From Candidatus Latescibacterota bacterium (lineage in GTDB: Bacteria > Latescibacterota > UBA2968 > UBA8231): 64,000 bases of DNA. The notes below the pieces were generated by a model. It was not told where the DNA came from and searched no databases. It was given only the letters and a program-made list of their open reading frames with translations. The stretch spans positions 4,128,001 to 4,192,000 of the forward strand of contig OZ252098.1 in the NCBI GenBank assembly GCA_965248355.1, in the 5' to 3' direction. The position numbers and the translations under genes are program-made. Position 1 is the first letter of the stretch; every line of letters starts with the position of its first letter. Positions 42,847 to 52,820 of this stretch are shown in pieces.

Positions 42847-44003
42847 TGCCGCTGCGGTCGCGCCTGCGGCTCTGGATCGACGAGCGCCTGCCCGTCTCCG
42901 GCGCCGCCGCGGCGGTGCGCCGGAACCTGCGCCGGCCGCTCCCGGGACATGTGAACTGGCTCCACACCCTCGGCGCCGCCCTGGTCCTGCTGCTCCTGGT
43001 GCAGGCCGTGACCGGCGTCCTGCTGATGGTGTACTACAAGCCGTCGGCGCAGGAGGCCTTCGCCAGCGTCGAGAGGATCGTCTCCGACCTCCGCCTGGGC
43101 TGGCTCTTCCGGTCCGTCCACGTCTGGGGATCCCACCTCATCCTCCTTCTGGTGCTGGCCCACCTGTTCCGCGTCTTCCTCTACGGCGGCTACAAGCGCC
43201 CCCGCGAGCCGACCTGGATCGTCGGCGCCGCCCTGCTGGCGGTGGTCCTCGCCTTCGGTTTCACCGGATACGTGCTGCCCTGGGACCAGGTCGCCTACTG
43301 GGGCACCGTGATCGCCACCGAGGCGCCCGCCTCGATACCGGGGGCGGGCCCGGTGATGCGCGGGCTCCTCATCGGCGGCGGCGAGGTCGGCGATCCGACC
43401 CTGGGCCGGTTCTACGTCATCCACGTGCTCCTGCTGCCCCTGGCCCTGCTCGGCCTGGTGGGCGTGCACCTTTTCCTCGTCCGCTGGCAGGGGTTCTCCT
43501 CCCTGCGGCGCACCGATGAGCGGGAGCCCGAGGAAGAGGGCGGTGTCCCCTACTTCCCCCACCACTTTCTGAAGGAAGGGGCCGCCACGTACGTCGCCCT
43601 CGGCGTGCTGCTCTCCCTGGCCCTGCTGTGGCCGGCGGGCCTCGGAGAGCCGGCCGATCCCCTGAGCACGCCGGCCGGCATCAAGCCGGAGTGGTACTTC
43701 CTGCCGGCCTACCAGCTGATGAAGTACGTCCCGGGGCCCGCGGGGGTGATCCTGCCGGCCCTGGCGTTCCTGGCGCTGCTGGCCCTGCCGCTGGTCGACA
43801 CCTCTCCCGAGCGCCATCCCGGCCGCCGCCGGCGGGTCGTGGCCGGCTGGCTGGCCGTCTGGGCGGTCATCGGCGGCCTGGGGGTCCTCGGGCATCTGTC
43901 CGAATCGACCCGAACGATCTTCGGCAGGACCTGCCACTTCGACGTGATGGGTTGGCCGCGGCAGGTCGCCCCGCCGCAGGCGCAAGCGGAGGGCGGCGGG
44001 TGA
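42846..44003 (+). CDS. Cytochrome b (unsplit b6 + subunit IV type)
   Basis: R.VH.W..H...H, GY.LPWDQ.AYW, RFY.IH..H, KPEWYFL. Confidence 0.93.
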   Translation: MPLRSRLRLWIDERLPVSGAAAAVRRNLRRPLPGHVNWLHTLGAALVLLLLVQAVTGVLLMVYYKPSAQEAFASVERIVSDLRLGWLFRSVHVWGSHLILLLVLAHLFRVFLYGGYKRPREPTWIVGAALLAVVLAFGFTGYVLPWDQVAYWGTVIATEAPASIPGAGPVMRGLLIGGGEVGDPTLGRFYVIHVLLLPLALLGLVGVHLFLVRWQGFSSLRRTDEREPEEEGGVPYFPHHFLKEGAATYVALGVLLSLALLWPAGLGEPADPLSTPAGIKPEWYFLPAYQLMKYVPGPAGVILPALAFLALLALPLVDTSPERHPGRRRRVVAGWLAVWAVIGGLGVLGHLSESTRTIFGRTCHFDVMGWPRQVAPPQAQAEGGG

Positions 44004-44842
44004 GAGGCCTGGCCGCCTGCGCCACCCTGCTCGCCGTCCTGGCCCAGCCCCAGGAGGCCTCGGCGCGGGAGGAGAACGGAGTGTCTGGACAGGGTTCACT
44101 GGACGATGTCTGGTGCGCCGTCTGTCACTGGACGCAGGCGGACCTCTTCGCCACAAGCGTCCACTATCGGCAGGGGCATATGCTGTGCGACGACTGTCAC
44201 GGCGGAGACCCGGCGGATCCGGACCCGGAGACGGCCAAGGCGCCGGCCACCGGCTTCATCGGCCGTCCGGACCGCGGCCAGATCGCCGGGCTGTGCGGGG
44301 GATGCCACAAGGGGCCGGCCGAGTTCTTCCATCAGGGGCCGCATCACGATCCCGGCATCGCGGGCAATCCCACCTGCGTCACCTGCCATCACAACCACGG
44401 CGTCCTCGACGCCACCCTGGCCCTGATGGACACGGCCTGCGTCTCCTGCCACCGGCAGGAACCGGCGCCCCTGCAGCGCGCCTCCGACCTGCAGGGGGCG
44501 ATCCGCGCGGCGAAGGGGCGCATCGCCGTGACGCGGGTCCGCTTCGACAGCCTGAGGGCTCTCGAGCCGGGTCTGGCGCGTTCGGCCTACCTCCTGGAGG
44601 GGGCGGCCTCCGCCCTGAGGGAGGCGGCGCCGCGGACCCATGCCCTCGACGCCGCCCTCGTGACCGAGTCCCTTCTGGCCGTCGACGGGGAGCTGGCCGC
44701 GTGGGGAGAGGTGATGGACCGGGCCGAGAGGTCGAGGGACCGGCGCCGATGGGCCCTGTGGGGGGTGTGGCTGTTCGTCGCCGTCAACCTGCTGCTGCTG
44801 TGGGTGCGGCGCCGTCAGCTTTCGACTGGGGAACGGGGCTGA
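44000..44842 (+). CDS. Membrane-anchored pentaheme cytochrome c
   Basis: GTG overlapping upstream stop; signal peptide; CAVCH, CDDCH, CGGCH, CVTCH, CVSCH; helical region; C-terminal TM. Confidence 0.85.
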   Translation: MRGLAACATLLAVLAQPQEASAREENGVSGQGSLDDVWCAVCHWTQADLFATSVHYRQGHMLCDDCHGGDPADPDPETAKAPATGFIGRPDRGQIAGLCGGCHKGPAEFFHQGPHHDPGIAGNPTCVTCHHNHGVLDATLALMDTACVSCHRQEPAPLQRASDLQGAIRAAKGRIAVTRVRFDSLRALEPGLARSAYLLEGAASALREAAPRTHALDAALVTESLLAVDGELAAWGEVMDRAERSRDRRRWALWGVWLFVAVNLLLLWVRRRQLSTGERG

Positions 44843-44846
44843 CGCC

Positions 44847-45383
44847 GTGCTGCCGCTGCGCAAGGTCGAGATCCGGAGGCTCTTCGAGCAGGCCGCGCGC
44901 GACTATCCGCCCCGGGCGGAGCTCGCCTTCCTGCTGCAGAGCATGGAGGACCCGCGCAACGTGGGCTCCCTGTTCCGGGTGGCCGACGCCGTCGGCGCCC
45001 GCGAGCTGGTGCTGGCGGGCCGGACCCCGGCGCCCCCCGACGAGGAGATCGACCGCACCTCCCGCGGCCACGACCGGCGGGTACCGTGGAGGCGCATGGC
45101 CGACACCCAGGCGGCGGTGCGCGCGCTGCGGGAGGAGGGGTATCACCTGGTCGCCCTGGAGACCGCCCGGGGGGCCCGGTGCTACCTGGAGTATCCGTAC
45201 ACGGACAAGGTCTGCCTCGTCCTCGGCAACGAGTCGAAGGGCGTGTACCCGGCGACCCTGGGCCTGTGCGACGGCGCCGTGTTCGTGCCCATGTACGGCA
45301 AGGGACCGTCGATGAACGTGCACGTGGCCGCCGCCCTGGTGGCCTACGAGGCGGTGCTGCGCAGGGGCGGGAAGGCGGGCTGA
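44847..45383 (+). CDS. TrmH/SpoU family RNA methyltransferase
   Basis: DPRNVGSLFR.AD, LVLGNE..GV, VPM.G...SMNV.VA. Confidence 0.9.
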   Translation: MLPLRKVEIRRLFEQAARDYPPRAELAFLLQSMEDPRNVGSLFRVADAVGARELVLAGRTPAPPDEEIDRTSRGHDRRVPWRRMADTQAAVRALREEGYHLVALETARGARCYLEYPYTDKVCLVLGNESKGVYPATLGLCDGAVFVPMYGKGPSMNVHVAAALVAYEAVLRRGGKAG

Positions 45384-45434
45384 GCGGTTGCGGGGCTCGG
45401 GCGGATCGAGCGGATCGGAGAAGGCCCAGGTCGC

Positions 45435-46247
45435 CTAGCGGAGAGCCGCCATGGTCCGCTCCATCGACCTGCGGAACGGCTCCGGCAGCGAGTCGAGATA
45501 GGCCGGCTCCGCGTATTCCGGCTCACGCGCCCAGTCGCTGACCACCGACGACTCTCCCGCCAGTTCGGCGCTTCCGTAGATGATGAAGAGGGACCGGCGG
45601 CGGACGCCCGGTCCCTTCAGCCCGCGGTGGATCCCCCGTGCGTCGAAGGGTGCGGCGCTGCCGGCCCTGAGCCGGATCTGCAAGGCGCCGGGGAACCCGT
45701 CCTCGTTCCAGCCGGTGATCCCTTCCTCGTACCGCGCTTCCTCCTCCCTGGTGTTGGCGCGGCTGTGGGAGCCGGGGACGTACCAGAAGGAGGCGTCGTC
45801 CTCGAGGGCCACGAGGACCTGCGTCGCGGGAAGCCTCTCGATCTCCCGGAGCCGTCTCTCCGTGGGCGAGTCCTTCCCCCACGCGAAGTAGGAATCGCGG
45901 TGCCAGTTGGTGCGGTAGTCGAACTCGTCGTTCATGGCGAAGGCGGCGACTCCGTGCATGGCCGCGTCTTCTCCGCAGAGCCGCTGCGCAAAGGCCAGGA
46001 TGCCGGGAGCACCGAGCGTCTCCATCAGAGGCCGCCGCGCCAGGGAGGGGTGGTGGGGATTCTGGAAGCGGTAACCCTGGAGGAACCCCGTGGACTCGTC
46101 CCTCCGGGCGTGCCCGAGGCTCAGGGCCGCCTCGATCGTCTCCTCGTAGCTCTGGCGTACCTGGGGCAGGGACGCGGGGGGGATAACGTCCTTCAGGATT
46201 GCGTATCCTTCACGGTCGTAACCTGCCATCATCCCGTCGGTGATCAT
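45435..46247 (-). CDS. Phytanoyl-CoA dioxygenase (PhyH) family protein
   Basis: Y.REGY, WHRD, VPGSH, IHRG. Confidence 0.85.
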   Translation of the reverse strand: MITDGMMAGYDREGYAILKDVIPPASLPQVRQSYEETIEAALSLGHARRDESTGFLQGYRFQNPHHPSLARRPLMETLGAPGILAFAQRLCGEDAAMHGVAAFAMNDEFDYRTNWHRDSYFAWGKDSPTERRLREIERLPATQVLVALEDDASFWYVPGSHSRANTREEEARYEEGITGWNEDGFPGALQIRLRAGSAAPFDARGIHRGLKGPGVRRRSLFIIYGSAELAGESSVVSDWAREPEYAEPAYLDSLPEPFRRSMERTMAALR

Positions 46248-46307
46248 GGATCATCTTCCTCCTGAACCGCGCCGGCAGCGACCGGCGCCGGGCACCGGCG
46301 ATCCCTC

Positions 46308-47492
46308 ATGAAGGGGCGTCCCGACATCGTCACGCGGCACGTCGACAGCCGCGAGACCTCGAGGCTGGGCCTGCCCCTGGGCCGGAAGATCGGCCGGCTG
46401 GACACGACGACCAACTTCGTCCTGGACGACCGCTTCGATCACGGACCGTACGACGAGCTGCACCGGCGGCTCACCGTGGTCGACGCCTACTCGGCCGCGG
46501 TGGACCTGGAGGAGATCCTGCGCGGGGGCATCGACGTGGCCATCCAGGCCTTCGGGGTGGAGGAGCGCTACGTGGCCGAGGCGCCGCTCCTCGATCCCCT
46601 GGCCGAGCCGGTCCGCGGCGCCCGGCAGTGGGAGCCCTTCTTCGAAGGGGAGGAGCTGGGCGAGCGCGTGCTGATGAACCTCGACGAGCACCGCCAGTTC
46701 GCCGAGGCCTGCGCGGAGCACGTCGAGGTTGCCTGCTCCGGCGATGATGTGTCCAGGATCGTCGCGGGGGGCCGGGTCGCCATGGTGCTGATGCTGGTGA
46801 GCGGCTTCATCGCCGACAGCCTCGACGTGCTGCGCGAGTACCACCGACGTGGCGTGCGGGTCCTGTGCCCCAGCCACCTGAGCGCGACCTCCTGGGCCGA
46901 CTCGAGCGCCGAGCTGAACGATCCCCCCGGCCTGAACCGCTTCGGGCGCGACGTGATCCGCACCTGCGGCGAGCTGGGCATCCTCGTGGACCTGGCCCAT
47001 TGCTCCGACTACACCTGCCGGGACGCCCTGGCCGTGGCCACCCGGCCGATGATCGCCACCCACACCAAGGCCCGGGCCCTCAGCCGGAGCCTGCGCGACA
47101 TGCCGGACGACCTGATGCGGGGAATAGCAGATGGAGGAGGAGTGATCTGCGCCCTGGCGCCGGCGCCGAGAAGCCCTCTCGAACGCCACGAGGCCCGGCG
47201 CCGGCGCGACGACGCCCTGCACCGGCGCTATCCCGATCCCTTCGAGCGCGCCCGCGCCAAGCTGGCCGACGCCGAGGTCTGGGGCACCCGACTCGACTTG
47301 GCCACCATCGACCACCTGGTCGAGGTGGCCGGGATCGATCACGTGGGCCTGTCCAGCCACGCCCAGAGCGTGCCCCAGTGGAAGGAGTACACCGCGGACC
47401 TGATCGGCCACGGCTACTCCGAGAGGGACGCGGCCAGGATCCTGGGCGAGAACGTCCTGCGGGTGCTGTCCTCGGCCGGCGCCGCCGGCTGA
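46308..47492 (+). CDS. Membrane dipeptidase (M19)-like amidohydrolase
   Basis: GL..FGRDVI, ILVDLAH, IATH, R.MPDD, HL..VAGIDHVG, ILGENVLRV. Confidence 0.75.
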   Translation: MKGRPDIVTRHVDSRETSRLGLPLGRKIGRLDTTTNFVLDDRFDHGPYDELHRRLTVVDAYSAAVDLEEILRGGIDVAIQAFGVEERYVAEAPLLDPLAEPVRGARQWEPFFEGEELGERVLMNLDEHRQFAEACAEHVEVACSGDDVSRIVAGGRVAMVLMLVSGFIADSLDVLREYHRRGVRVLCPSHLSATSWADSSAELNDPPGLNRFGRDVIRTCGELGILVDLAHCSDYTCRDALAVATRPMIATHTKARALSRSLRDMPDDLMRGIADGGGVICALAPAPRSPLERHEARRRRDDALHRRYPDPFERARAKLADAEVWGTRLDLATIDHLVEVAGIDHVGLSSHAQSVPQWKEYTADLIGHGYSERDAARILGENVLRVLSSAGAAG

Positions 47493-47498
47493 GACCCC

Positions 47499-49529
47499 TC
47501 AGCCCGAGGGCGCCACGTAGGCCGAACCCGACCTGCCGGCCGCCTCGAGGTTGACCGGAAAGGGGATGGGGATCCCGTCCCCGTGCCAGGGGAAGGCGTA
47601 GCTCGGATCGTTGCTGAACCGGGAGAGGCCGGCCTCCAGGCGGACCCTGGTGGCTGGAGGCAGGTCGACGGCGACGTAGCGGCCGTTGACGGCTGTCGCA
47701 ACCGGCGCCTCTCCCTCGCCGCTGTCAGCCTTCACCTCGGTGAAGGTGTGCTCCCCGAAGGCGCCGGCCTGCACGATCAGGCGGCGGGACTCCTCCCGGC
47801 TGCAGTTGACCAGCTGGACCCCCACGGAGCCGGCGTCGAGATGGTCGACGAGGGCGGCCACGTCGGCGGGCAATCCGGGACGCTGCCCGTCCCCGTCGAA
47901 ATAGCGGACCGTGGCGCGCAGGAGCCCGCCGTTGTAGATCGACTGGGGGGCCCCCATGGTCACCTGGGTCAAGCCCTTGGTCAGGACCGGGTTGGCGGGA
48001 ATGGCGTTCGCCTGCAGCCTCTCGATCGCCGTGCGCCCGTCCTTGCGCATCTCGTCGATGGCCTTCATCGACCACTCCGCCTCGGCCGTCAGGATCTTCT
48101 CGGGCCAGTCCGGGTTGCTGCCTTCGTAGTACTGGAACCGGGCGAACTCGGTCTGGCCCCCGTTCTTCTCGCTGCCGGTGTCGCTCACCGAGTTCCAGTC
48201 GCGCTCGACCTCGCCCTCCCGCACCCGCTCGATCAGCTCGCGGTCCTCCGCGGACATGGAGGCGTGGTAGAGGTGGGCCAGCTCCTGCATGCGCCAGGGC
48301 ATGGGGCCCGTGTAGACGTGGCGCATGGGCACGATCGTGTCCTCCCGGCGCGGCAGGGGCGGGTCGTACTGCCATCCGGAGGGGCCGTAGCGGGTCGGCA
48401 TGATCAACTGGCCGTCCTCCCTCGTGATGGAGGCGTCCAGGAGGACCTTCACCTGGTCTCGCAGCAGGTCGAGATATCCGTAGTCGCCGGTGAGCAGCAG
48501 GGCGCACTCGGCGGCGATGTTGAGGCTGTGGAACATGATGTTGAAGCCCTGGTAGTGGTTCCACCCGTACTGGCCGCCCCAGAAGTTGCCGTTGCGGCGC
48601 TCGCCGACGATGCCGGTGGGCCCCACGTTGTCGGGCATGATGCCGCCGTTCTTCGCCGCCCGGTCCATCCACGCCTCGGTGTACTCCAGCACCCAGCGCT
48701 TGTACCTCTCGTCCCCCGTGTACAGGTAGGCGTGGGTCATCAGGGCGGCGGCGCCCAGGTTGTTGGGCGTGTCCGCCTGCAGGACCAGCTTGTTGAAGAG
48801 GTCGACGATCTCCTCCCGGCGCGCCGGGTCCTCCCACCAGTGGAGCTCGAGGTCCTCCACGATCGGATAGAGGCTGGCGCGGACCCCGTAGTAGTTGACC
48901 TCGCTGCCCAGCCAGCGCCCCGCCAGGAGCATGGCGTGGGCGGTCTCGGCGCTCGCTTCCTGCAGCGGACCCTGGCTCGACTGGAAGGGCGACCGGAGGA
49001 CCTTGTGGACCGGGTCGTAGTTGGGGGCCTCGGGGTCCTCGCCCGTGTAGAACCCGGCGAAGAGCTGGGCGCGGCGGGCCATCTCCGAGATCGTCGGGTC
49101 GGCGACGCCGAAGTCGTAGAAGGCCATCATGCCCTCGCCGAGATGGTGCCACTCCATGGCCTGCCGCAGGTTCCAGAACTCCCGCCTCGCCGAGGGCCGG
49201 AAGACCTTCTTGTGGTCGTTGAACCGGGTGCGGTGGACGACGTTCTCGTCGCTGATGCGGGCCGTCGCATTCCAGGCCGTGGCTGCCATCTCGAGGAGGC
49301 TGTCGTCCGCCCCCATGGCGTAGAACAGGCCCCAGTTGTAGAACTGCTCGAAGAGGTCGTCGAAGTCCTCGGCGTAGAGGATGGCCCCGCCGCGCTCCGT
49401 GCACTGGCGGAACCGCAACCGCGCCGCCTCCTCCATCTGGGCGATGAGATTGCGTTCCAGCAGGGCCCACGCGGGGGGCGCGCCAGCCTGGGTGGCGGTG
49501 ATCCGGGGCATGGCATTGGTATCGGTCAC
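47499..49529 (-). CDS. Conserved hypothetical protein, possibly (alpha/alpha)-toroid glycoside hydrolase/lyase-like
   Basis: Host-like codon usage; DD..EQFYNW, EWHH.GEG, PDNVGP.G, RPGLP.DVAALV. Confidence 0.7.
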   Translation of the reverse strand: MTDTNAMPRITATQAGAPPAWALLERNLIAQMEEAARLRFRQCTERGGAILYAEDFDDLFEQFYNWGLFYAMGADDSLLEMAATAWNATARISDENVVHRTRFNDHKKVFRPSARREFWNLRQAMEWHHLGEGMMAFYDFGVADPTISEMARRAQLFAGFYTGEDPEAPNYDPVHKVLRSPFQSSQGPLQEASAETAHAMLLAGRWLGSEVNYYGVRASLYPIVEDLELHWWEDPARREEIVDLFNKLVLQADTPNNLGAAALMTHAYLYTGDERYKRWVLEYTEAWMDRAAKNGGIMPDNVGPTGIVGERRNGNFWGGQYGWNHYQGFNIMFHSLNIAAECALLLTGDYGYLDLLRDQVKVLLDASITREDGQLIMPTRYGPSGWQYDPPLPRREDTIVPMRHVYTGPMPWRMQELAHLYHASMSAEDRELIERVREGEVERDWNSVSDTGSEKNGGQTEFARFQYYEGSNPDWPEKILTAEAEWSMKAIDEMRKDGRTAIERLQANAIPANPVLTKGLTQVTMGAPQSIYNGGLLRATVRYFDGDGQRPGLPADVAALVDHLDAGSVGVQLVNCSREESRRLIVQAGAFGEHTFTEVKADSGEGEAPVATAVNGRYVAVDLPPATRVRLEAGLSRFSNDPSYAFPWHGDGIPIPFPVNLEAAGRSGSAYVAPSG

Positions 49530-49559
49530 GACAGTCTCCTCGGGTAAGCGGGGCGGCCC

Positions 49560-49620
49560 AAGCTAGGAAAACCCGCATTGGGGGACAACGCTGGACGCAC
49601 CCGGAGAGTCCGGCTATCCT
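49560..49620. promoter_or_regulatory. Back-to-back putative sigma70 promoters
   Basis: Minus: TTGTCC-17-TAGCTT (49588-49560); plus: TGGACG-17-TATCCT (49592-49620). Confidence 0.45.
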
Positions 49621-49634
49621 CTCCGGCCTTCGCC

Positions 49635-51188
49635 ATGACCTCGAGAACCCCACCGCCGCGCTACCGCGTCATCTTCAACTGGGACGGCGACAGCCTGGCC
49701 TACGGCGAGCATCCGCAGTCGGCGGAGCAGCTCGTGGACCACATGTACGGCTCCCTCGAGGGCACCCAGGTGGACGCCGTGTTCTGGAGCATCGGCAGCC
49801 ACGAGGCCCTCTGGCCTTCCGAGGTGCACGAGCGGGAAGGGGAGCGCACCGGCCGCGTCTACGCCTCCATGCGCGCCATGCGCCACGCCGAGAATGTGTG
49901 GAGCCTCTTCGAGGCGGGCGAGAACGTGTACCAGGCCATGGTCGAGCGCGGACATCAGCTCGGGATGCACGTCTACGTCTCGATGCGGATGAACGACAAC
50001 CACTTCTACAACACCCGTCCGCGGGAATTCAAGAAGCTCGACAAGGGCACGAAGCTGCGGCAGGACCACCCCGAGTGGCTGCTGGACGTCGACGACGTGC
50101 CCGAGAGCCGCGGCATCGGCTCCTGGAACTTCGCCCACGCCGAGGTCCGGGAGCACAAGCTCTCCTACATCAGCGAGGCCTGCGCCCTGGCCGACTGGGA
50201 CGGCGTCGAGCTCGACTGGCAGCGCCATCCCTTCCATCTGCCCCAGCACGACGGCTACCGGCTGCGCTACGTGCTCACCGACCTGCAGCGCGCCGTCCGC
50301 CGCATGGCCGACGGGATCGCGGCGGAGAAGGGGCGCCCCTTCCACGTGGCCTCGCGCGTGGCCACGACCCTCGAGTCGTGCCGGCGCATCGGCTACGACG
50401 TCCCCCGCTGGTGCAGCGAAGGCCTGTGCGACGTCCTCATCGGCGCCGGCGGCTCGTCCACCGACCCCGGCTTCGAGGTGGCCGGGTTCAGGCGCCATTC
50501 CGACGGCACCGGCATCCGCCTCTACGGCGGCTTCGACAGCTCCTACCGGCAGGAGGCCGCCCGCCTGGTGAGCCGCGTCGAGTGGCGCGAGGCCTTCTTC
50601 CGCGCCGTGGCCGCGGGTTATCTCGACGAGGGGGCGGACGGGATCTACACCTTCAACTGGTTCCCGAAGAAGGCCGACTGGACCGGGCTCCTGAGCACCC
50701 TCGGCGCCGAGGAGACCCTGCGGGGCAAGGACAAGATCTACTCGGCCCTGCGCCGCGGTCCTACCTGGCTGGACGACCCCTCGGCCAACGCCGTGAACGA
50801 CCGCATCCACGGCGAGACCTCCGTGGCGCTGATGCCCGGCCTCACCGGGGACGGACCCACCTTCACGCTCAGCTTGCACGACGACTTCTCGGCCGGGGCG
50901 CCAAGGCCGGGTTCCCTGCAGCTGCAGATCGAGATGGCCCACTGGGCGCCCGGGGACGCCGTCAAGGTCACCCTCGACGGCGAACCTCTCGGCGAGCCGG
51001 CCATCCGCGACGCGGCGGAGAGCGGCCCTCCCTACGTATCGGAGAACAAGTGGCTCCTCTGGGACCTGGATCCCGAAGGCATGGGAAAGGGTCCGCACAC
51101 CGTAAAGGTCGTCCTGATCAACCGTGACTCGCGGCTCGACCCGCCCCTCAGCGTCGAGCACGTCGACCTCCACGTGAGCTACCGGTAG
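49635..51188 (+). CDS. GHL10-like TIM-barrel putative glycoside hydrolase
   Basis: YRVIFNWDG, SMRMNDNH, HPEW, DWDGVELDWQRH, GADGIYTFN. Confidence 0.65.
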   Translation: MTSRTPPPRYRVIFNWDGDSLAYGEHPQSAEQLVDHMYGSLEGTQVDAVFWSIGSHEALWPSEVHEREGERTGRVYASMRAMRHAENVWSLFEAGENVYQAMVERGHQLGMHVYVSMRMNDNHFYNTRPREFKKLDKGTKLRQDHPEWLLDVDDVPESRGIGSWNFAHAEVREHKLSYISEACALADWDGVELDWQRHPFHLPQHDGYRLRYVLTDLQRAVRRMADGIAAEKGRPFHVASRVATTLESCRRIGYDVPRWCSEGLCDVLIGAGGSSTDPGFEVAGFRRHSDGTGIRLYGGFDSSYRQEAARLVSRVEWREAFFRAVAAGYLDEGADGIYTFNWFPKKADWTGLLSTLGAEETLRGKDKIYSALRRGPTWLDDPSANAVNDRIHGETSVALMPGLTGDGPTFTLSLHDDFSAGAPRPGSLQLQIEMAHWAPGDAVKVTLDGEPLGEPAIRDAAESGPPYVSENKWLLWDLDPEGMGKGPHTVKVVLINRDSRLDPPLSVEHVDLHVSYR

Positions 51189-51219
51189 CGCCGCCGCCGC
51201 GCACCCAGGAGCAGCCCCC

Positions 51220-52758
51220 TTGGCCGAGAGACCGTACCGGATCATCTACAACTGGGATGGCGCCCCCCACCACTACGACGAGCACCCCCAGGCGATGGAG
51301 TCCTTCCTGCGGAGGGTCTATGCCCCGCTGGCCGGCACCCAGGTGGACGCCCTGTTCTGGTGCATGGGGATCCACGAGGCCACCTGGCTGTCCGACGACC
51401 TGGCCGTGAAGGGGGATTCCGCCGCCCGGGTCTACGACAGCGTGCTGGTCATGAGGGATGTCGAGAACCTGCGGTCCATGCTCGAGGGGGGCGAGGATCC
51501 GTACGCGGCCATGGTCGCCCGGGGGCGCGAGCTGGGCATCGACGTCTGGCCTTCGATCCGCATGAACGACCAGCACTTCTGGAACATCCAGGACCTGGAG
51601 ACGATGCAGCGGTCCACGGTCAACGAGATGACGGCGCTGCGCAAGGAGCATCCCCAGTGGTGTCTGGGGGAGCACGCCCCGGGCTGGTGCGCCACCTCGT
51701 GGAACATGGCCGTCCCCGAGGTGCGCGCCCACAAGCTCGAGATGATCACGCAGGCCTGCCGGCTGGCCGACTGGGACGGCGTCGAGCTGGACTGGCAGCG
51801 CCACGCCTTCCACCTGCCCGCCAACCACGAGTACCGGCTGCGCTACGCCCTCACCGACCTGCAGCGGGCCGTGCGCGAGATGACCCGGGGGCTGGCCGAG
51901 GAGCGGGGCCGGCCCTTTCCCGTGGCCGTCCGCGTCGCCGCCACCCTGGAGTCCTGCCGGCGCGTCGGCTACGACATCGAGACCTGGGTCGAGGAAGGCC
52001 TGTGCGACATCCTCATCGGCGGCGGCAACTCCGGCACCGATCCGTGCTTTGAAACGGAGGAATTCCTGAGACTGGTGGAGGGCACCCAGATCCAGGTCTA
52101 TCCGGGCTTCGACTTCGACACCCGGCAGCAGGCTGACCGCCTGATCCCCCACGGCCGCTGGCGGGACCGCTGGTTCGCCGGCATGGCGCAGGGCCACCTC
52201 GACCGCGGCGCCCACGGCATCTACGTCTTCAACTGGCACGCCGACGAGACCATGCGCCGGGAGTCGTTGACCACGATCGGTTCCACCGGGACCCTCCGCG
52301 GCCTGGACAAGGCCTACACCGCCGTGCACCGCAGCACCGGCGGGAACCCCCTGCGCAAGGACGCCGAGCGGGACGACCGCATCTACGGCGAGGCCCCCGT
52401 CGACCTGCACCGCACCCTGACCGGCGACGGCCCCACCTTCCACCTGACCACCCACGATCCCGGGGCCGCCGGCGTGCAGCTGCTGATCGAGATGGCCCAC
52501 CACTCCCCCACCGGCGACGAGGTGGCCGTAACCCTGGACGGCGCGGTTCTGGGCGCGCCCGAGGTGCGCAACCACGTAGCGGAGAATCCCCAAAACCCCG
52601 CCGACGTGGACGAGAACAGCTGGCTGGTGTGGGACCTGGATCCGGCCCAGGCCGCCTCCGGGGCCCACGAGATCCAGGTCGTCCTGCTCAAGCGGGATCC
52701 GCGGATTCGGCCGCCGCTGACGGTGGCCAACGTCGAGATCTGGACGAGCCATGACTGA
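51220..52758 (+). CDS. GHL10-like TIM-barrel putative glycoside hydrolase (tandem paralog)
   Basis: Same motifs as the upstream gene, including identical ADWDGVELDWQRH and LTGDGPTF. Confidence 0.65.
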   Translation: MAERPYRIIYNWDGAPHHYDEHPQAMESFLRRVYAPLAGTQVDALFWCMGIHEATWLSDDLAVKGDSAARVYDSVLVMRDVENLRSMLEGGEDPYAAMVARGRELGIDVWPSIRMNDQHFWNIQDLETMQRSTVNEMTALRKEHPQWCLGEHAPGWCATSWNMAVPEVRAHKLEMITQACRLADWDGVELDWQRHAFHLPANHEYRLRYALTDLQRAVREMTRGLAEERGRPFPVAVRVAATLESCRRVGYDIETWVEEGLCDILIGGGNSGTDPCFETEEFLRLVEGTQIQVYPGFDFDTRQQADRLIPHGRWRDRWFAGMAQGHLDRGAHGIYVFNWHADETMRRESLTTIGSTGTLRGLDKAYTAVHRSTGGNPLRKDAERDDRIYGEAPVDLHRTLTGDGPTFHLTTHDPGAAGVQLLIEMAHHSPTGDEVAVTLDGAVLGAPEVRNHVAENPQNPADVDENSWLVWDLDPAQAASGAHEIQVVLLKRDPRIRPPLTVANVEIWTSHD

Positions 52759-52820
52759 GGCCGTGTCGAAACCCACGTACCGCGCCGCCATCATCGGGGC
52801 CGGCCGCATGGGCGGCCTCC
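52751..52820 (+). pseudogene. N-terminal stub of a Gfo/Idh/MocA oxidoreductase cut by the group II intron
   Basis: ATG overlapping the upstream gene end; MTEAVSKPTYRAAIIGAGRMGGL Rossmann GxGxxG, then intron GTGCG. Confidence 0.75.
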
